A stretch of 64,000 nucleotides of DNA from Eledone cirrhosa (taxonomy: Eukaryota). The notes under the pieces were generated by a model, which had not been told where the DNA came from, made no database searches, and worked only from the letters and a program-made list of their open reading frames with translations. This document shows positions 48,000 to 61,146 of the stretch, piece after piece; position 1 is the stretch's first letter; every line of letters starts with the position of its first letter. A program made the translations under genes and the position numbers. The stretch spans positions 36,828,001-36,892,000 of the forward strand of contig OZ024747.1 in the NCBI GenBank assembly GCA_964016885.1. The letters run 5' to 3'.

Positions 48000-48398
48000 T
48001 ACGATTTTCAAGGTTATTTTTCGTCTCTTCTCATGATATAAGTTGCTGCTCCATATTGCTGGACAAAAGCTTATTCATTAGAGATGGGTACATGGGGTGT
48101 AGCCCCTGTTTAATGTCTTCCAGCACCTCCAAATAGTGTTTCTCTGTGACTGTAGAAGTGACACCAGTGTCGTTGAAAAAGAATACTCCAATCAGCCCTC
48201 TCTCAGAAATGGCAGTCCAAACCTTACATTTAGCCGAGTGGAGAGGTTTCACAGTTACCTCAAAGGGTTTCTCTGAAACCCAGAACACATTATTCTTAAA
48301 GTCGATCATCCCCTCAAAATGAAAGTCTGCTTCGTGAGGGGATTACAGTAGTAATTTTGCTGACAGTGTAAGAAAAGCAGAAAATTTGCGTAGTCAGT
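48000..48398 (-). mobile_element. Tc1/mariner-superfamily transposase remnant
   Basis: EADFHFEG...NNVFWVSEKP...KPLHSAKCKVWTAISERGLIGVFFF...VTEKHYLEVL. Confidence 0.8.
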
Positions 48399-48409
48399 AT
48401 ATATATATA

Positions 48410-49016
48410 TGGTGGCTGCCAACTCGTTTTCGAGTACGGGCATAACTTTATATCCATGTAGGAGAACCCCTACCGAACCCCTACGAGTGTGCCTTTTTAG
48501 TCCAGCCAGCGACTTGAAAACTCTGGTACATACACTACACGTGTGACAATTATTGACACATAGTGCTGGGCCCATGGTACCATGTGACAACAAATGCAGG
48601 GAGATCTCCAGATATAAAGCAATGCCTGAGCCGTGAAGCTTTTATAGTGAGCAAAGGCACTGCACAAAGCCAGTCCTAATCTCTTAACCAAGATAATATT
48701 TACCAAAAAGAAGAACAAGTCAACATCATTGGATACCATCAGAGTTCCAGGTGTTATATCAGAGCTTTCTTTCTCCTAGAATTCTGCCTTGACAAAGGCT
48801 AAGGGGTCATCTCTCCCGGTGATTTTGGATGGCCATTGACTCTTAAGAGCTCCTTTGCCCTTTGACAGGTTTTGTTTTTAGTCCTGCAGGATGTCCAAAG
48901 TCACCCTCCTCACCAAGAAACCTTGGTGGGGTTACCAGTTTAGTCGCCAGCGACCCAACCATGAGACAGGTTGTACTGGGATACATGTTACCAGTAGCAC
49001 CAGCTAGTGACCTGAC
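48410..49016 (-). mobile_element. RTE-related non-autonomous retroposon, contiguous ~600-bp copy
   Basis: Contains both parts seen at 17151-17823. The 3' end abuts (TA)n. Confidence 0.75.
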
Positions 49017-49360
<344 letters not shown>

Positions 49361-49361
49361 T

Positions 49362-49491
<130 letters not shown>

Positions 49492-49969
49492 GTGCGTCTA
49501 TCAGTGTGTGTGTGTGTCCGTATATGCGTGCGTATATGCCTGCTTTTGTGCTAAAGTTTCAATATGGCCGGATGTGTTATCTGAATTTCTGTCTTTTGGT
49601 ATAAAATATGAAACGTAAATCGATCGAGAAGGACACCATATTCAAATTAAGTTTTAAGAATGCATTAACACCCAAGAGAATACATTGTATTAAATGTCCT
49701 TTACTTTCCAATCTCAAGCAAATTAAACTCTACAAATACTGAGCTAATGTAGTCTGAAATACATCTCAAAGATTACCTATTCACTATTGCATCGCAATCA
49801 CTCAGACTAAACTGTCTCAGACATTCAAACGTTTGCCCCATCTTCTTTTATCTAGTTTCCATCAATAAAAAATCGATAAGAAAAATATCGTGCGTAGGAA
49901 CATACAGACCATCACGCTATATATATATATATATGTTTGTGCGTATGTATATATTTATATAAATTATAT

Positions 49970-50075
<106 letters not shown>

Positions 50076-50413
50076 TGTTTATGTTTTCACGAAGAGCAGA
50101 ACGAGGGGTGGAATTATAGAGAGATATGGTGTGAAATCTAGGTGTCAGACCGGCCAATATAAAAATGGTATACTAATGCTAATGGAAAAAAATAGAAATA
50201 CCGTGTGAAATAGATCAATACGTATATAACGATTCGCCTCCATAGAATAGTATTGTCAAATAAATATCTCACATACTGTTATACATATGGGTGTATTTGT
50301 GTGTTTGAACCTGTGTGAGAGAGAAAGAAACGGTGAATGTCTGTGTATCAGTGCAACATTATGTCCAACTACCCTAGTAATTGAAAGATATGAGGGCTTA
50401 AAATGATGCAATG

Positions 50414-50454
<41 letters not shown>

Positions 50455-51059
50455 CCAGGGAGTGTAACTCGGAGTTACTGTAGGTTCACCCGGATGAGCA
50501 CTCGAGGTGTAGAGCTTGACAGAGTGTAGTATAATAAAATAAAACAAGGACGAGTGGTTACTCCGTCATTACGTTTATTAGTTGGTGACGCAGGTTTTGC
50601 TATTGATCAACTCAATGTTCGATCTGTATTGATCTATCCCGACTCTGTAATCAATGGCTCGTTGGACCTCTTTGGTGGTAATGATAGAATGAATATACAT
50701 GGCTTACGAGAAAGTCTAATGTTCCTATGTTGGTCAGTGGAATTTGTTTTGATTGGTGGGTTAATCACGAGGAATGTTTTCGTCTGTAGTGGTGTAGGTG
50801 GGGGGTGAGTGTAGTGATGAGGTGGTGGTGCGGGATCTAGGTTGAAGTGGGTAGTGGGGTTTGGCGTTTTGACTGTCGCTGGGCAATTTGACGCGTGTGT
50901 TGAGGCTGGTTTCTGTGTGGGGTGTAGATGTGGTGATGATGCAGTCTAAGATACTGGATGAAGGATTGCGGTGTTTAGTGTGGAGTGTTGGGTGTGGTAA
51001 GGGATTGTTAATGGGACTCATGTTATGAGGAGTTAATGACGTGCTGCGGGGAGGGGGGG

Positions 51060-54000
51060 GGGAGATTGTTTTTTCATATATGAGTGAAATTTGGTTGGTT
51101 GATGCAGTCACGTGAATAATCACATCAACCTTCGCGCCAGTTTGTGCTTGAGTTTCTTTTTACTTAAAAAAGAGGCTCAAAAAAGTTTTTTAATGAATGT
51201 AATTTGATTAGTTATAAATGAAATTATGACTGTCACGTGAACAAGTACATTAAAATTCGCGCCCGTATTTGGGAATCTTTTTGTAGCCATTTAGAGAATT
51301 TTGTGCCAAACAAAAGATAATGGTCAAGAAAAAAGGGATGGGGAGAATTGTTCTGGTTCAGTGAATATAGCTGGTGTGGTGGGGTGTCAAAATTCAGACT
51401 TTCTATTGAAATAAAGAAAGTAGAGATATGTATTTTTATTTGTGTGCTGAGGTGTGTGTGTATGTGTGTGTGTGTGTGTATAGGAAAATGATTCTATTAG
51501 TAGAAATGGGGGAGGGAGTTGTGTGTGTGTGTATGGGTGTTATATGTGTATATGTGTGTGTATGTGTGTATGGGAGTATGGTTAGCATGTTAAGATGGAG
51601 AGAATATATATGTGTGTGTGTGGGGGGGGGGGGGGGGAAATGATTCCATTATTAGAAATGGCGGTCGATTGGCAGTATCGGTAGAAAGTCGAACACCATG
51701 CTTTGAAGCATAAAGTTATGTCCCTTTATGATCTAAGTTCAAATCCCGCCGAGGTTAACTTTGTCTTTCATCCTTACGGGGTCGATAAAATAAAGTACCA
51801 GTAATGTACTGGATAATTGCTGGCCTTGTGCCTAAAATAGAAACAATTATTAGAAATGGGGGAGGGAGTTATGTGTGTGTGGGGGGGGGGGGGGGGCTAT
51901 GTGTAGCATGTTAAGGTGTTAGAGTATTAACGTATGTTGAGGTTTATTTAGTTCTGGTTTTTATTTTCTAAAGTAAAAGGTGTTATGTGTTTGTGTATGT
52001 ATGTGTCTGTTTGGATGGTTAGCATGTTATGGTGTTGACATAATGTATATTAAACTATATTTAATGCTGGTCTATATTTTTGAATAAACATATTTTCCTT
52101 ATTTATTCGTATTTGTTCTGTCTTATTGTCAGCCCAAAGATAAAATGGGAAGACTTGGAATTTGGGTGTCTTATCACTTGCGCTTATGTCTTGTGGTAGG
52201 GTCGCGCAATTGTTGGCGATGAACTGTCATTCTGTTTCTGAATGTGAGTTTAGTTTGCCCTATATAATCTTCAATGCATCCTTTACATTTAATGGCATGA
52301 AGTAAATTTTTTGATGGGCAAGTGAAGTTATTTTTTTACAACAAAATGTTGTCCTGATTGGCATGTGTACATGTAGCCTTCAATGAGGTGAGTGCATTTT
52401 TTGACAGTTGGTTGTGGGTTCGTGTTAGGTAATTTGGCATTGGTGAGTAATGTTTTTAGTGATTTCGGTTGTCATTTGCTTTTGATTATTTTGTGTGTTT
52501 CAAGGGCTTTTTTCATTCTTGGGTCTTGTTTCAATATTGGGATGTTCTTGTGAATAATGTTGTAAGCTTCCGCATTTCTTGGGTTGTATGTTGAAATATA
52601 TGATAGAATATTGGACGTACCTTGAATTTGTTTCTGTTTTCCTAATTCATCAGTCCCTATTGCTTTAGCCCTTTCTATTCCTTTATTTATGTAATGGTGG
52701 CTACTGTCTTTTAAGCAGAATTTCCTTTAATTCTTGAAGTCTTTTATTTCGCGTTTCATAATTGGAGGCAATTGTGCAAATTCTTCTTGCTAGGTTAAAA
52801 TGGATGTTCGTCTCGTGTGCTTTGGATGGTTGGAGGTGAATAGCAGGTATTGTTTGGAATCTATTGGTTTGTAGAGTATGTCAGTTTCAATATTTGTGTC
52901 TTTATTATGATTAAGATGTCCAAATGGTAGTTGATCTTTGCTGTATTCCATTGTGAATTGGATGTGGCTATTGATGCTGTTAATTAATTTTTTGAAATCA
53001 TTTAGTTAGTCGAGTGTGTAAGACCAAAGAATGAGACAATTATCCAAGTAGCGTTCCTAATTCTCTGATAAATATTTGTGGAAGTTGAATCCGTATTTTG
53101 ATTTGGAGTGTTCATATATCTGGACTTCCAAGTATGCCAGGACTAAGTTAGCATAAGTTGGAACGACTTTTGTACTCATCGGAGACCCCGATATTTGCTT
53201 GTAAGTACTGGCATCGACCAGCATTATATATAGTTTAATATACATTAACACCATAACATGCTAACCATCCAAACAGACACATACACACACACACATATAA
53301 CACCCATACGCACACACATAACACCCTCCCTCATTTCTACTAATGGAATCATTATCCTACACACACACACACACAAATATATATTCCCTCCATATTAATA
53401 TGCTAACCATACACCCACACACACATACACACATATATAACACCCATACACACACATAACACCCTCCCCCATTTCTACTAATACATTCATTTTCCTACAC
53501 ACACAACCACACAAATAAAAATACATATCTCTACTTTCTTTATTTCAATAGAAAGTCTGAATTTTGACACCCCAGCACACAAGCCATATTCACTGAACCA
53601 GAACAATTCTCCCCATCCCATTTTTCTTGACCATTAACTTTTGTTTGGCACAAAATTCTCTAAATGGCTACAAACAAATTCCCAAATACGGGCGCGAAAT
53701 TTAATGTTCTTGTTCACGTGACAGTCATAATTTCATTTATAACTAATCAAATTGCATTCATGAAAACAACTTTTTTGAGTCACTTTTTAAGTAAAAAGAA
53801 ACACAAACTCAAACTGGCGCGAAAGTTGATGTGCTTAATCAAGTGACTGCGTCAACCAACCAAATTTCACTCATATATGAAAAAACGATCTGAGCCCCCC
53901 CCCCCTCTTTTTTTAAAGGCAAATATAATACTTTGTAACGCGAACTAGCGTGAAATTTATTATACTTATTCACACGACAGTCATCAACTAACCAAATTAC

Positions 54001-54260
54001 TTTTCTAAAAACCTAGCATTTCAAGCTACTTTTTTCCATATAAAACAGAAGTAACATTCGAACACCAACCAGATGCGAGAAAAACCACAAACCCTCCATC
54101 TCAATTCTACTTTTGAAAAGCATAATAACTGCGAAACCAGTAAGGGAACCAAATAAATATTCTTAAAATGACTCCAGTTGCATTTTCGATTTCATCTTTT
54201 TTTCCTTATACTTATACTCGTGTAGGACATCTTGGTTTTTTGCATTTTGTAAAAAAAACC
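51060..54260 (-). mobile_element. Penelope-like element (RT fragment) with long inverted copy of its 3' region
   Basis: ORF 53057..53254 has YKQISGSPMSTKVVPTYANL, followed by RYLDNC, QFTMEYSKDQLPF, YKPIDSKQYLLFTSNHP on the minus strand. Arms ~51065-52045 vs ~53243-53890. Confidence 0.88.
51661..51845 (+). mobile_element. tRNA-derived SINE (Nin-like core), full length, 14-bp TSD
   Basis: tggcagtatcgg A-box, gttcaaatcc B-box. TSD attattagaaatgg at 51648-51661 and 51846-51859. Confidence 0.9.
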
Positions 54261-54262
54261 TC

Positions 54263-54383
<121 letters not shown>

Positions 54384-54514
54384 GAGAGAGACATAAATAG
54401 ATTGATTTAGATTTTTGCATGTATCATGTGTGTGTATGTCTGCGTGTGTGTGTGTGTATGTATGTGTGTGCATACATAAATAGTATTACCGTATATATAT
54501 ATATATATATATGG

Positions 54515-54963
54515 AAAAAATGAAACGAAATTTGATTTCTCACTCTTAGTACGGCTGTTACTTAAATATAAGTATGTATACGTACATACATATATGTATA
54601 CAGACGGACAGTAGTATGTATATATATATACATACATGCACACATATATATATGTACGTATGGATTTACCGAACATTTATTATAATGCTCGGTTTGTTTG
54701 TAAACAAACAGCCCGAATTAAGCCGTACAGTGTTTAGCAACCATCGTTGCCCTTTTGTTCAACACCGACAAAGGAACGGTGTACTAGTTTCAAGCTTATT
54801 AGCTATCGTCAGCACTGTATACCTTCCTGCCAGATGATTGAACGTCTGAAAGTATATATTTTCCTTATGCATATTAACGGCTGAGCAGCCTAATTTGCAT
54901 ATCGAGTGAGTTAATCGGCCGGGCGCACCGAAAACGATAAATGGAAAATATGAAACGAAATTT
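54515..54963 (-). mobile_element. Single unit of the 431-nt HHR family with short terminal direct repeat
   Basis: atgaaacgaaattt at both ends. Reverse complement of 20572-21000. Confidence 0.8.
54776..54818 (-). ncRNA. Minimal type I hammerhead ribozyme
   Basis: Reverse complement: acagtg CTGACGA t agct-aata-agct t GAAA ctag TA caccgt. Confidence 0.85.
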
Positions 54964-55254
54964 ATATACACACACACACACACATATATATATATATTTA
55001 TAATAATTTGGTTTGCCTGTCTCGATTTAAAATAATAAACAATAAAAATAACAAACCTATATTTTTCAACCTAGCTAACTTGGTCATTTGCAATTCGAAC
55101 ACATGTATACTTGTATCAGTGTTCATCCCTCTCATATATTCACTTGTATTACACGGCTCCGAAATATTCCCTTCTTTGAGCTATTTAATTGTAAAAGACT
55201 ATTTCGAGTTTACAACACAATATGTAATATATATTTATATGTATATATATAGTA

Positions 55255-55453
55255 ATAATTGTTTCTACTTTTGGCACAAGGCCAGCAATTATCCCAGCAC
55301 ATTACTGGTACTTTATTTTATCGACCCCGTAAGGATGAAAGGCAAATATAGTAATAATAATAATTGTTTCTACGTGAGGCTCAAAGCCAGAAATTACCCA
55401 GTGCGTTACTGGTACCTTATTTTATCGACCCCGTAAGGATGAAAGGCAAAGTT
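55255..55453 (-). mobile_element. Two tandem SINE 3' fragments
   Basis: tactggtac...tatcgaccccgtaaggatgaaaggcaaa occurs twice. Confidence 0.82.
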
Positions 55454-55603
55454 AATAATAATAATATATATATATACATGTCTATGTGTGTATGTATGGA
55501 TTCGCTCCTAAATCAACATGTATTGATTCACACTTACACTCATACATTCATTCTCTTTTATTCTTCAAGTTAAATTCTTTGTTCATTCTTTATACGTCCT
55601 TAC

Positions 55604-55790
55604 AACTTCCGGAAGGCAGCAGCACACGTTCTAGAATATATTAATATGATAGTTGTTTCTATCGCTTTATTGACTATATAATCGAATAAGACATAGATAA
55701 TACAAAGTAAATGAAAATAATGCATAAATAAAAACATGGCAAAGGAAGGAGCCGAATCCAATATACTGGCTTCATATTGAATACTTATAT
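55604..55790 (-). CDS. Possible host-gene exon (hydrophobic segment)
   Basis: Acceptor tttccccgcag, donor GTAAGG, open frame ...MFLFMHYFHLLCIIYVLFDY...AAAFRK. Confidence 0.35.
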
Positions 55791-56076
55791 CTGCGGGGAA
55801 ACAGTCGGTGAATTTGCTTATGGAAGTGCTCGGTAAAAGGAGAGTGTCGAAATAGCAAAGCAAAATTGTGGACTGGTGCGTGAGTAAACAGGGTGAGCAA
55901 GTGGTTTAGTGAATGAGATGAGAGAGAATATGAGAGCCAGAGAAGTGGGGGAAATAGAGAATTTTGAAAACATGCTTAGAAAGAGAGAATCATGGAGGTT
56001 TAAAAAAGAAGGAAAATCTGTGAACGCTCGAAGAGTGGAAAGAAAAAACGGCATTGAGGTGTATATATGTTTTCTT

Positions 56077-56120
<44 letters not shown>

Positions 56121-56172
56121 TGTAAGTGTATATTTATATATATATTTATATGTATGTATATATATATATATT

Positions 56173-56212
<40 letters not shown>

Positions 56213-56370
56213 TAAATACATACACACATACACACACATACACACATGTATATGTATATATATATATATATATATTTGTGTATGTATAAAGTGTATATTT
56301 GCACAGATAGCATATATGCATGTACGTGTGTCAGAGAGTGATTGACAGAGCGTGATAGAGATGGAGCGTG

Positions 56371-56418
<48 letters not shown>

Positions 56419-57144
56419 GGGGGTTCACAGAAAGAGAGTCTTCGAAAGTAGAAGAAACAGTAGGAACTATGGCGATAACAAATAAAATATATCAATAAAC
56501 CAAAATAAACGCTGAGAAAGGATTTCGGGAAAAGGATACGTATGAGAAGGGAAGATTGAAGAAGTAACATGAAGAAAATAAGCCTAATGGAGTGGGGATA
56601 CCGATAAATAAATAGTCAATATATGATGCAAGAGAAAAACAAAAACGTAACGAGTAGATAAGACAGTGGTTGCAAAGAAGGATAGGGCGTAAAAAAATAA
56701 ATATAGTTGAGATGAAACTGTTTTTGGCTGAGTCAAGATAAATCTATATCAATTGAGCATATAGCATGAAACTGAGAAATCTTCGCACAAAACACAAAAA
56801 TATGCGCGTAGTTTTTATTGGAAAGTGCAAGGAAATAGAAATGAAGAAATATTGCGGATGCCAGAGTTATCTTAAAACAAGAAGTCAGGAATGTACTTTT
56901 TTCCGTTGAACGATAACGCATGAAAATAGAGGAATATAGAGTTATCGTTGTCCTACTTGCATACTATCCATGTCTCCATCCAAACTCTTCCTCTCACTTC
57001 ATTCCCCAAAAGCACACTCTCGATTTCTATATCGCTAATCTGACCATTTCCATGAAAATAAACTCCTGCGTGTGTCCTTCTTGTCATATATAAACCTCTA
57101 TACGGGAAGACCAAATACTTCCATGACAAGCCAAATATAATATA

Positions 57145-57252
<108 letters not shown>

Positions 57253-57460
57253 TATACTATATTATATTATATTTTCTGATGAAGGACTAGCGTCCAAATC
57301 GTTAGGTCTCTTTCCCTACTATATCAAGGGTAAAACTAATAATATATTTCTTCATTGTACTGTGTCGTTGCTATAGGGTTGAACAGGTAAAAGAGTAAAA
57401 GAGTAATATATATATATTCGAAAATGTGTGAGTGTGAGACCCTTGCTTGGTACAGTTAAG

Positions 57461-57600
57461 TATATTTGAAAAAAGGAAAAGAATGACTGCACTTGTTCTA
57501 GACAATTTGATTTAATTTTATAATATTATATTATTATAAAATTAAATCAAATTGTTTAGAACTACAAGTGAAGTCATTCTTTCCTTTTTTTCAAATATAT
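57461..57600. repeat. ~140-bp fold-back palindrome
   Basis: atatttgaaaaaaggaaaagaatgact...agtcattctttccttttttcaaatat, centred near 57530. Confidence 0.85.
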
Positions 57601-57607
57601 ATATATA

Positions 57608-58868
57608 TAGGAAATTGTTTGACCCCGACGGCAGAGCTCAAGCCGTTTCGACGGCTATTTCTGGATTAAATTAGAATTTTTGGCGTGGTAAATAAATAGC
57701 CGAACTTTTCAAGGGGTAATTCCTTATATGGGAAGATTGTAGTTGTCAAGAAGATTGGTCAAAATTTCTTGTAAACACAATTAAGTCTATCATGACAGAT
57801 GTTGGCTGAACTTGCCTGTAGAACAATGAGGGAATGGGTGGAGCCGGTCAAGCGTTGAAAGTAAATTCTATACAGCAAATTCTAATAATTGTGTGGGAAA
57901 ATAGGCTAGAGGAAGCAGGCGAAAAGGATTCTGGAGAAAATAGAGAAGGGACGTTATAGAATAGATAAATCAATTGAGATTAGAAGATAATAAATAAATA
58001 AATATATAAAAATATAACATTGGATAGTAAGAAGAGATAAAAAATGTCTAGTGTCTAAAACAGCTGCGATATTTAGTTAGTTGGTATTGCGTTTTCGGCC
58101 AATGCTATAGAATAGGTTAGTAAGTTGATAATAGAAGATACTAAATAAATAAAAAAAATTATAAAATTATAGAATAAGGTAGTAAAAAGTAATACAAAAT
58201 CTCTAGGGTCTAAAACAGCTGCTATAATTAGTTGGTATTGCGTTTTTGGCCAATGCTATCTATAATTTACTGGAGTGGGGGTACTGAGGCTACAAAAGCC
58301 CGATAGGGTGTCTTGGGAAAAGGAAAAGGAAGAGGATAGGGAGTGGAAGGAAGTAATAGGTAGAGATAAAGGGAAGAAGAAAATAAAAAGGAAAAGAAAA
58401 GAGGTACATCTACCTATGTTAGCTGGGGTTTCCCCCCTATCTTGTTCAGCAAGTGGGGAAAAGGAGGATGTTGCAACCATTATCTACCCACCCGTGTCAT
58501 TAGGGTGTTTGAGGGCGAAGTAAGTCCTACGCAATCGGTGTTTGCATGCAGTTAAATTGTTCTACAGGCAGGTTCAGCCACCCCACCTCCAACCCATTGC
58601 CATGATAGACTTAATTGTTTTTATAAGAAATTTTGACCAATCCTCTTGACAACTACAACCTTCCCATATAAGGAATTACCCCTTGAAAAGTTCGGCTATT
58701 TATTTACCACGCTAAAAATTCTAATTTAATCCAGAAATAGCCGTCGAAACGGCTTGAGCTCTGCCATCGGGGTCAAACATTTTCCTATTACCCACTCTAC
58801 TACCCTAAGTACTGAGTACTCTGGTGCGTTATGGTCCATATGGTTCCTTACAACACCTCCTTCGTTAT
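57608..58868 (+). mobile_element. Longest copy of the 'ccccgacggc' inverted-end family
   Basis: ~220-bp inverted repeats 57608-57825 vs 58558-58787, an internal ~170-bp tandem duplication, and an ~80-bp 3' tail. No credible ORF. Confidence 0.8.
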
Positions 58869-58874
58869 ATATAT

Positions 58875-61140
58875 ACTAGATAGAGTAATAGTCAGATCAA
58901 GAACAAACTAAAAAGTAAGCTATGGGGTAACACTAACGAAGCAATAGATTGTTTTAGCAAAATAGACAGTAGGGAAGCATCCAACTTCATACAGTTCGAT
59001 ATCAACGACTATTACTCTTCCATCTCCCCAGTCACCCTAAATAAAGCGCTCAACTTTCCCCAGAAAAAGTCGGTCCTAACATCTGATGAAATTAGAATAA
59101 TACTAGCTGCTAGGAGAACTATCATTAGGTTCGAAAATAGCTACTGGGAATGAAAAAACAGGCAGAATACCTTCGATATTACAATGGGATCTAGCGACTC
59201 AGCTCAGGTAACAGACAGTTGGAATATATATATAGCGCATAACTTACATGAAGAATTTAGTAACCTCCAAGGAGAAATTTATAGAAACGACACGCTCCTT
59301 TTAGCTAAAAATTTGAATAAACCGAACGCCAGTTACACTACCCGCACCCATAGGAACAATAAATATAGAACTAAACATAGAAATAGGCAACGAGCACCAG
59401 AAATAACCGAACCGAACACTAATAAAGGGACCACTAGGCTAGGAACTACAGAAAATCCAGAGTTAGGAAATATTTATGGTTCAATCCAATCTTCAACTCC
59501 TCTATAAAAACCAACCTGCCTTCTACATTCTTTAAGCAATTGACAAACACTTCCCTAAACTACACAAATACCATAGAATCTTTAACAGAAAAACTTTCAA
59601 GCACCTTACTCTACTGCAGCCAACATAGAATCACACATACATAAAATCAACTACAAAAGAATCCCTAAGGAAAATAACCTACCAACATACACCATAGCAC
59701 CAAATACAAAACGCAAACGCATAACAACATCACAACCACACACACGTCAGGGCACATCGCAATAAAACATCAATAAACTTAAATCTCAGCCCATCCATAA
59801 CAACATACAAAATCGCAACGGAGAACCTGCACACAGGAAGGCCTCCAAGTGTGACTGCCACCTGCCGGATAAAGGCCCACTACAAAATAGATGCCTGGAA
59901 TCAAGTATAGTGTACCTGTGTACTATCAAATCAGGCAACTTAGCATGGCACTACATAGGTTCTACTGCTGGGGAATTCAAAAAGAGATGGTATGTACATA
60001 GACATTCTATAAAAAACCGTGGACTAGAGAACTCAACGACGCTGGCCAATAAGACCACTTAAGGACACCAACCAGGAATATGAGATTAGCTGGTCGAAGT
60101 TATCGAGTGCAAGAGCCTGCAATAATGGAATGTCCCACTGCGGACTTTGCAATATGGAGCTGCTCCATATTTTAAAGTATGATAAAATGCTGCTTAACAA
60201 CAAAAGAGAACGATCAATTTTCTGTAGGCACAAAGCAGCCACCAAGTTCTGTAACTTCAAACCGGCATGATTCGATCCAGCAATCTCAGAATTCAAGCAG
60301 AACGACCCCGGTTTTAATGTATTAGCTCCACACCAACCACTGTTATTAGTTGTCAACTGACCAACTGGTCATTAAATTAACATCATAAATCTTCCAACAT
60401 GTCTTCCTCTCTCTCTATAACCACACCAACTCCATTAAAATCAAATAATCAGTCTGCCAGACCTTAAACACCCATATATCATCACTTTTTATTCTCTATC
60501 TATCTCCTTCCCCGTCCTTAACCATTATGCCTCATCCTCGAATCCTTATCCTCACTCTCTCTCTCTCCTGTCCCTTATCTCTTCTTTTCTTACTTATTTT
60601 TTTATTTTTTATCTTTTATCTGTTATTTTTTATTTTTTTATTTGAATCCAATGAGATTTGATTGTACCTCTTGCATTTATACTACATATCATGTATTTCG
60701 TATTTCTGTTCGTGTTATTGTTACCTTTACCGTCATCAATATTTTACACATCCACTTACTCACCATTGTAACTACAACTACCACCACCAATACTATTATC
60801 AGCAATCGTATTCTGTATTTATTTTTTGCTTATTTGTTTACATCTTTATCATTTTCATTCTATCTTCTTTATTATTATCTTGTATTATCTTTTGTTATTG
60901 ATGTTATTGTTTCCATTCACTTGATTCTCCGAAGTATCTATAAATACCAATGCCATATGTAACACCCTCCAGTATTCCGATGATTTGATCAGAGACACAC
61001 ACTGTATTTAAGGTCGAGTGACTCAACTTTGCACTCAAAGTTAGCGACCTCTAAGCTCACCTGATCAATGAAACAATTTTTAATACTGTAAATAAACCCT
61101 TTTGGTACAGCCGATCATGTTATTCTTCACTCTTTCACTA
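58875..61140 (+). mobile_element. Penelope-like element, 5'-truncated and internally deleted
   Basis: KLWGNTNEAID..FIQFDINDYYSSI, TMGSSDSAQVTD, GEIYRNDTLL, then CDC..PLQNRCLESSIVY..YIGSTAGEFKKRW and CGLCNMELLHI. Degenerate HHR at the 3' end. Confidence 0.88.
60970..61088 (+). ncRNA. Degenerate type I hammerhead ribozyme with branched stem II
   Basis: Stem I cagtatt/aatactg, core ccgatga, stem II ttgatcag/ctgatcaa, GAAA caatt. Confidence 0.65.
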
Positions 61141-61146
61141 TCTCTT

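Noticed and set aside
50485-50530. cggatga-gcac..gtgt HHR-like motif
   Set aside because: GAAA is absent and the core is mutated.
57270-57312. ctgatga-ggac-tagc-gtcc motif
   Set aside because: GAAA is replaced by aaat and stem I is lost to microsatellite; at best a dead relic.
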